Assembly: GCF_058153355.1 (NCBI RefSeq)
Contig: NZ_CM177019.1
Direction: 5' to 3' (one strand)
Length of the DNA: 64,000 bases
The position numbers and the translations under genes were made by a program. Below are positions 58,309 through 64,000 of the stretch, one piece after another (position 1 is the stretch's first letter; each line of letters opens with the position of its first letter). The notes beneath the pieces were generated by a model. That model searched no databases, had not been told where the DNA came from, and saw only the letters and a list, made by a program, of their open reading frames with translations.

Positions 58309-58484
58309 CAATTGCCTGAATAAAATTAAATGTTTAATTTCAATTTGTTAGAGATAAAATCATGAAGTGATCCGCAAATATGCGTTTCAGTTAACGTTTC
58401 AGGCAATGTTTCACTGCGTTTCATTGCAACAATTATGAAACAAGACTAAACCCAATATTCGGTTTCTTAACTTTGCGGTGCGCT

Positions 58485-60071
58485 ATGGCACATCCACCAC
58501 GGCTGAATGACGACAAACCGGTTATCTGGACGGTATCTGTAACGCGGCTGTTCGAGCTATTTCGCGATATCAGCCTCGAGTTTGATCACCTGGCAAACAT
58601 TACCCCTATCCAGCTTGGCTTTGAAAAAGCAGTGACCTACATCCGCAAAAAACTGGCCAGCGAACGCTGCGACGCCATCATTGCCGCTGGCTCTAACGGT
58701 GCGTACCTGAAAAGCCGCCTGTCGGTACCGGTGATTCTGATAAAACCGAGTGGCTACGATGTGTTACACGCACTGGCAAAAGCCGGAAAACTCACCTCTT
58801 CTATCGGCGTTGTCACCTATCAGGAAACCATCCCGGCACTGGTAGCGTTTCAAAAAACCTTTAATTTGCGCCTCGACCAACGTAGCTACATTACCGAAGA
58901 AGACGCACGTGGGCAGATTAACGAGCTAAAAGCCAACGGCACCGAAGCGGTGGTCGGCGCGGGGCTGATTACCGATCTGGCGGAAAAAGCCGGAATGACC
59001 GGAATTTTTATCTATTCTGCCGCCACCGTGCGTCAGGCATTTAGCGATGCGCTGGATATGACGCGCATGTCGTTACGCCATAATACTCACGATGCCACCC
59101 GCAACGCCCTGCGTACTCGTTACGTGCTGGGCGATATGCTCGGTCAATCACCACAGATGGAACAGGTACGGCAGACTATTTTGCTGTATGCCCGCTCCAG
59201 TGCGGCGGTGTTGATTGAAGGGGAAACGGGGACGGGCAAAGAGCTGGCGGCCCAGGCGATTCATCGGGAATATTTTGCCCGCCACGATGCGCGACAGGGC
59301 AAAAAGTCACATCCGTTTGTTGCCGTCAACTGCGGGGCGATTGCTGAATCTCTGCTGGAAGCGGAGCTGTTTGGCTATGAGGAAGGAGCGTTTACCGGCT
59401 CGCGACGCGGAGGCCGCGCCGGGCTGTTCGAAATCGCCCACGGTGGCACGCTGTTTCTTGACGAGATAGGCGAAATGCCGCTGCCGTTGCAGACCCGGCT
59501 GCTGCGGGTGCTGGAAGAAAAAGAGGTCACCCGTGTCGGCGGGCATCAGCCTGTTCCGGTGGATGTGCGGGTTATTAGCGCCACTCACTGCAATCTCGAA
59601 GAGGATATGCAGCAAGGGCGTTTTCGCCGTGATCTGTTTTATCGACTGAGTATTTTGCGTCTGCAATTGCCGCCGCTACGCGAGCGGGTGGCGGATATTC
59701 TGCCGCTGGCGGAAAGCTTTTTGAAAGTGTCACTGGCGGCACTTACTGCGCCGTTTTCTTCCGCGTTACGTCAGGGATTACAGGCAAGTGAAACTGTGCT
59801 GTTGCGCTACGACTGGCCGGGAAATATTCGTGAACTGCGCAATATGATGGAACGACTGGCGCTATTTTTAAGTGTGGAACCAACGCCGGATTTAACGCCG
59901 CAATTTTTGCAGTTGCTACTGCCGGAACTGGCGCGCGAGTCGGCGGAAACTCCCGGTCCATGCTTACTGACGCCACAACAGGCACTGGAGAAATTTAATG
60001 GCGATAAAACAGCCGCGGCGAATTATTTAGGTATCAGCCGAACGACATTCTGGCGGCGGCTGAAAAACTGA
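58485..60071 (+). CDS. prpR: Sigma-54-dependent propionate catabolism activator
   Basis: ORF 58473..60071; 528-aa product from [17 protein letters not shown]... with AAA+ GETGTGKE Walker A and GAFTGS motif. Confidence 0.95.
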   Translation: MAHPPRLNDDKPVIWTVSVTRLFELFRDISLEFDHLANITPIQLGFEKAVTYIRKKLASERCDAIIAAGSNGAYLKSRLSVPVILIKPSGYDVLHALAKAGKLTSSIGVVTYQETIPALVAFQKTFNLRLDQRSYITEEDARGQINELKANGTEAVVGAGLITDLAEKAGMTGIFIYSAATVRQAFSDALDMTRMSLRHNTHDATRNALRTRYVLGDMLGQSPQMEQVRQTILLYARSSAAVLIEGETGTGKELAAQAIHREYFARHDARQGKKSHPFVAVNCGAIAESLLEAELFGYEEGAFTGSRRGGRAGLFEIAHGGTLFLDEIGEMPLPLQTRLLRVLEEKEVTRVGGHQPVPVDVRVISATHCNLEEDMQQGRFRRDLFYRLSILRLQLPPLRERVADILPLAESFLKVSLAALTAPFSSALRQGLQASETVLLRYDWPGNIRELRNMMERLALFLSVEPTPDLTPQFLQLLLPELARESAETPGPCLLTPQQALEKFNGDKTAAANYLGISRTTFWRRLKN

Positions 60072-60074
60072 AAT

Positions 60075-60104
60075 GCCGAATCCAGCGCGAACGCCTTATC
60101 CGGC
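60075..60104. repeat. REP-like element downstream of prpR
   Basis: gccgaatccagcgcgaacgccttatccggc. Confidence 0.5.
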
Positions 60105-60168
60105 ATAAATTTCAATAGATGATCACCGATAAACTTACGCATCGGGCATGTTTACATGGGGTGCAGAA

Positions 60169-60444
60169 TTATTTCTTCTTATAAATATTTGCCGTGCCGT
60201 GGATCTTATTGTCAGTTTGACCAGAGGTCAGCACCAACACATCTGCCCCTTTTTCATCCGCTTTTTTGATCAGATCTTCTTTCGCATCTGCAGTCGACAT
60301 TTCATTACTGGTTGAAATATCACCTATTTTTTCATATTGCGATGCAACTTTTTCAAATTCCGCTTTGGTCATTAATTCTGCGGCATAAACGTTGGTAACG
60401 GCAAACGCTAACGCACCGATTAACATTTTAGAGATTATTTTCAT
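60169..60444 (-). CDS. yahO: Periplasmic DUF1471 protein YahO
   Basis: 91-aa [36 protein letters not shown]... with signal peptide. Confidence 0.85.
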   Translation of the reverse strand: MKIISKMLIGALAFAVTNVYAAELMTKAEFEKVASQYEKIGDISTSNEMSTADAKEDLIKKADEKGADVLVLTSGQTDNKIHGTANIYKKK

Positions 60445-60628
60445 ATTACGGCTCCAGAGTTGTTATCAAACTATCACCCACCCATATTATTGGGTTGATT
60501 AATAATTAGTTCAGTCAGGGCATAAACGCCAGTAACCGGAAATAAGACACTTTGTGATCTCTCTCGCATCCGATTACTTTTTGTAGAAATATGATGAAGT
60601 TACTTCACTTATTTATGGATGAAATCAC

Positions 60629-61261
60629 ATGGATCCCTTGCACGCCGTTTACCTGACCGTAGGACTGTTCGTGATGACTTTTTTTAATCCGGGAGCCAAT
60701 CTTTTTGTGGTGGTACAAACCAGCCTGGCTTCCGGTCGACGCGCAGGAGTGCTGACCGGGTTGGGCGTGGCACTGGGCGATGCGTTTTATTCCGGGTTGG
60801 GTTTGTATGGTCTTGCGACACTCATTACGCAGTGTGAGGAGATTTTTTCGCTTATTAGAATCGTCGGCGGCGCTTATCTCTTATGGTTTTCGTGGTGCAG
60901 CATGCGCCGCCAGTCAACACCGCAAATAAGCACACTACAACAACCGATTAGCGCCCCCTGGTATGTCTTTTTTCGCCGTGGATTAATTACCGATCTCTCT
61001 AATCCACAGACCGTTTTATTTTTTATCAGTATTTTCTCAGTAACGTTAAATGCTGAAACACCAACTTGGGCACGTTTAATGGCCTGGGCGGGAATTGTGT
61101 TCGCATCAATTATCTGGCGAGTCTTTCTTAGTCAGGCGTTTTCTTTGCCAGCTGTGCGTCGTGCTTATGGGCGTATGCAACGCGTTGCCAGTCGGGTTAT
61201 TGGTGCAATTATTGGTGTATTCGCGCTACGCCTGATTTACGAAGGAGTGACGCAGCGGTGA
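60629..61261 (+). CDS. yahN: LysE-family amino-acid exporter YahN
   Basis: 210-aa membrane ORF MDPLHAVYLTVGLFVMTFFNPGANLFVVVQTSLASGRRAG...; the true start may differ. Confidence 0.8.
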   Translation: MDPLHAVYLTVGLFVMTFFNPGANLFVVVQTSLASGRRAGVLTGLGVALGDAFYSGLGLYGLATLITQCEEIFSLIRIVGGAYLLWFSWCSMRRQSTPQISTLQQPISAPWYVFFRRGLITDLSNPQTVLFFISIFSVTLNAETPTWARLMAWAGIVFASIIWRVFLSQAFSLPAVRRAYGRMQRVASRVIGAIIGVFALRLIYEGVTQR

Positions 61262-61487
61262 GCAGATAATTTACTCTCTACGTAATCAACCTGATTTGCC
61301 GAATCCCGCTCATCGGCGATGATATCCCCCGTAATGCGTGGTCCTTATTTCCGATAAGTTTACTTGAGTCTTTAGCTTCCCATTTCAGCCCACTCTCCCC
61401 TGTGTGGGCTTTTTTCATTTGTCTGCTTCAGTGAGTAGCTGGCAATGCTCCATCCACTCTGCAAGGATGATAATAAGAGGATCTGAT

Positions 61488-61670
61488 TCAGAAGAGTTTT
61501 GAAAAATTGGACCGCCATCGAGGCCTCGAACCCCGTACCATACAACAATCCTGGTTGTCGTCTGCTCTTCCTGATGAGCTAATGGCGGTTTGTGATATGA
61601 GCCTTACAGCATATTGTCTGTCAGGCTTGAGTGCGATGCGTAAGATACAGAAAAGACCCCACACAAACAT
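61488..61670 (-). CDS. Small ORF at the position expected for yahM, 60 aa, ending at an in-frame TGA with 19 further open in-frame codons
   Basis: Positional inference only (between yahN and yahL, same strand as yahL); I do not recognise the sequence. Confidence 0.3.
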   Translation of the reverse strand: MFVWGLFCILRIALKPDRQYAVRLISQTAISSSGRADDNQDCCMVRGSRPRWRSNFSKLF

Positions 61671-61890
61671 GATGGAATTATGATTTTTTTCATATGAATG
61701 TCAACCAACACATTCATAAAACACTCGCACAAGTTCACTTTTTAAGCAACATGACGCCGATCACAACAAAATATCGGCGAAAAAGGCGGTGGAATGCCAT
61801 TTGGCATACGGATATACAGATGAAATGATTACCTGCTTTGCGATTCACTCTCTGGTGGAATAACAACTCGCAGGTGGAACCCTTTCTGAA

Positions 61891-62706
61891 CTAAAGAGTG
61901 TAGCGGATTTTAACGTGCTTATTTACAGGATAATATCTGTCACCTAATTCCTGCACTCTATTAGATACCCATTGATTTAATCGTGCATCATCTCTGTATG
62001 TTTTCACGTTCAGAACGGAGAGCAATAACATCACTAGCGATTTAGGAAAAACAGGGTAAATATTTTTTAAGTGCAATAATAATTCATACGCAAGCGCCTG
62101 CTTAATAGGTGCGTCTGCGTCCGGAATGCGCGACATTTCGCGAAGCCATTTTTCTACATGCTCACATTCTTTCCCTTCACGGAAAAGTCTCAACAAAGGC
62201 ATATGGTGCTCAAGAAGAATGCATTTGCAATCTGTTCGTACTGAATCGATAAACTGCACTAATTTCTTAAGTCCGGTGAAGCGTCCGGCATGGATATTCT
62301 CTTTAATATCAAGAAACACGTCATCCTGATCATATACCCAAACGGTCCCTTTTTGATTTTCAAGTATCCGAAAAACAAACTTAATCGGGTAATCAGGGTA
62401 ATCCACCCAGTCATAAACTCCAGGGAAATCATTAAACTGCACATTTATGGTAAGCGCATTGTCGGCTGCCCACTCGCAATCTCGTACGGCAGCCATGAGA
62501 TAAATGAGTTTATCATCATCGACTAAATCATCACGACAATCATAAGGATAATCATAGTATTGTTTAATCAAAACCTTGAATATATCGACACAAGAAACCA
62601 GTGTACTTCTGATATCTTCAGGTAACTGATTGTTTTTAACCGTATTGTGTACGCTTTGTTTCGTATATAGCAACAAGTTATTGTGCGGAGCTTTTAATGA
62701 TATCAT
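61891..62706 (-). CDS. yahL: Uncharacterised protein YahL
   Basis: 271-aa ORF MISLKAPHNNLLLYTKQSVHNTV...; AT-rich. Confidence 0.8.
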   Translation of the reverse strand: MISLKAPHNNLLLYTKQSVHNTVKNNQLPEDIRSTLVSCVDIFKVLIKQYYDYPYDCRDDLVDDDKLIYLMAAVRDCEWAADNALTINVQFNDFPGVYDWVDYPDYPIKFVFRILENQKGTVWVYDQDDVFLDIKENIHAGRFTGLKKLVQFIDSVRTDCKCILLEHHMPLLRLFREGKECEHVEKWLREMSRIPDADAPIKQALAYELLLHLKNIYPVFPKSLVMLLLSVLNVKTYRDDARLNQWVSNRVQELGDRYYPVNKHVKIRYTL

Positions 62707-62948
62707 CGCGATCTCTCTTAAATAAAAATAAACGTCGCAGATAATAAAGCCCTGATTAAACCAGGCACTATCAGAAATCGCTCATAACTAACGAGTGAAG
62801 TATTGTGTACTGGAGGGAGTTATTTTAACAATTTGAATTTACGTTATAGGCTTTACCGCTACTTTGATATTATTTCGCTCTCCTTAACTAAAAAGTTAAG
62901 TGGAGAGCGAAGTTAATATGTTAAACCACAGGGTATTTATTAATTGTT

Positions 62949-63998
62949 TCAGTCTGTTAGTGTGCGATTATCGATAACAAAACGATATTTCACATCTCCT
63001 CGCAGCATTCGCTCATAGGCTTCATTAATTTGATCGGCCCGAATCATCTCTATATCAGCCACGATGCCATGTTCGGCGCAAAAATCGAGCATCTCCTGTG
63101 TTTCTGGAATGCCGCCAATCATAGAACCGGCTATCGCACGGCGTTTCATGATCAGGTTGAAAACTTCCGGCGATTTATGCGGTGTCGCAGGCGCACCAAC
63201 CAGGGTCATGGTGCCATCGCGCTTCAGCAAGGTGGTAAAATCATCGAGATTATGTGGCGCAGCTACGGTATTCAAAATGAAATCGAAACTCTTCACATGA
63301 GCCGCCATCTCATCGGCATTGCGCGAGTTAACAACTTCATCGGCCCCAAGGGCTTTTGCCGCTTCGCGTTTTGACTCAGACGTGGTAAACGCCACTACAT
63401 GCGCCCCCATCGCGTGGGCCAGCTTTATCCCCATATGCCCCAGACCGCCAATGCCGACCACTCCCACTTTTTTACCCGGCCCGGCCTGCCAGTGACGTAG
63501 CGGCGAGTATGTGGTGATCCCTGCACACAACAAAGGAGCCACCGCCGCCAGCTGCTCTTGCGGGTGACGAATACGCAGAACATATCGCTCATGAACGACG
63601 ATCTGTTGTGAGTAGCCGCCCAGAGTATGGCCCGGTTCGTCCGGCGTCGGCGAGTTATAGGTGCCGGTCATGTGATCACAGTAGTTTTCCAGCCCGTCTT
63701 CACACTCTTCGCAATGTTTACAGCTGTCGACAATGCAGCCGACACCGACCAAATCGCCCGGTGCATGTTTTTTTACCTGATCACCAACGGCTACCACGCG
63801 CCCCACAATTTCATGGCCCGGCACGCAGGGATAAACCGTCCCCGCCCACTCGGAACGCACCTGGTGAATATCGGAATGGCACACGCCACAGTAAGCGATT
63901 TCGATTTTGACATCATGCGGTCCCGGTTCACGCCGGGTGATATCCATCGGTTCAAGTGGTTGTTTAGCGGAATATGCACCAACAGCTTTGATCTTCAT
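62949..63998 (-). CDS. yahK: NADPH-dependent aldehyde reductase (zinc ADH family)
   Basis: 349-aa ORF MKIKAVGAYSAKQPLEPMDITRREPGP... with GVCHSD and GHEIVG zinc-ADH motifs. Confidence 0.9.
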   Translation of the reverse strand: MKIKAVGAYSAKQPLEPMDITRREPGPHDVKIEIAYCGVCHSDIHQVRSEWAGTVYPCVPGHEIVGRVVAVGDQVKKHAPGDLVGVGCIVDSCKHCEECEDGLENYCDHMTGTYNSPTPDEPGHTLGGYSQQIVVHERYVLRIRHPQEQLAAVAPLLCAGITTYSPLRHWQAGPGKKVGVVGIGGLGHMGIKLAHAMGAHVVAFTTSESKREAAKALGADEVVNSRNADEMAAHVKSFDFILNTVAAPHNLDDFTTLLKRDGTMTLVGAPATPHKSPEVFNLIMKRRAIAGSMIGGIPETQEMLDFCAEHGIVADIEMIRADQINEAYERMLRGDVKYRFVIDNRTLTD

Positions 63999-64000
63999 TG

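Noticed and set aside
60592-60650. Possible upstream start of yahN (MMKLLHLFMDEIT...) that terminates after 21 codons, suggesting a 1-nt deletion relative to a longer K-12 N-terminus
   Set aside because: I cannot verify the reference N-terminus from memory, and the in-frame ATG at 60629 yields a complete LysE-type protein, so a functional lesion is not supported.

Overview
This window is Escherichia coli chromosomal DNA from the lac–mhp–frm–tau–phoA–aroL neighbourhood, in reverse-complement orientation relative to the K-12 MG1655 map and from a non-K-12 allele set (scattered amino-acid differences in LacI, PhoA and lac promoter spacer). Gene order on the window is: rdgC(3' end) – two-gene accessory operon – ppnP – aroM-yaiA-aroL – yaiI – proC – dgcC(adrA) – psiF-phoA – iraP – ddlA – yaiZ – yaiY – yaiW-sbmA – ampH – yaiV – yaiT – hemB – tauDCBA – frmRAB – yaiL – mhpT – mhpEFDCBA – mhpR – MBL-fold hydrolase + GlxA-type regulator – lacIZYA – cynXSTR – codAB – prpEDCB – prpR – yahO – yahN – yahM-like – yahL – yahK. 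No tRNA or rRNA genes, CRISPR arrays, IS elements or transposase ORFs were seen. Regulatory sites recognisable by eye include lac O1/O2/O3 with the CAP site, the FrmR operator palindrome, the MhpR operator, a Pho box, a sigma-54 promoter for prpBCDE, and TyrR/TrpR boxes at aroL; there are also several REP/BIME arrays. The points most worth a second look are two accessory gene pairs absent from K-12 as I remember it (a 762-aa exported repeat protein with a coupled 151-aa partner between rdgC and ppnP; an MBL-fold hydrolase plus GlxA-like regulator between mhpR and lacI), and three apparently disrupted genes (lacZ frameshift near codon 59, ppnP in-frame TAA at codon 82, and a truncated yahM-like ORF). 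I found nothing that I can defend as a new defence or mobile system; all comparisons to K-12 are from memory and need alignment to confirm.
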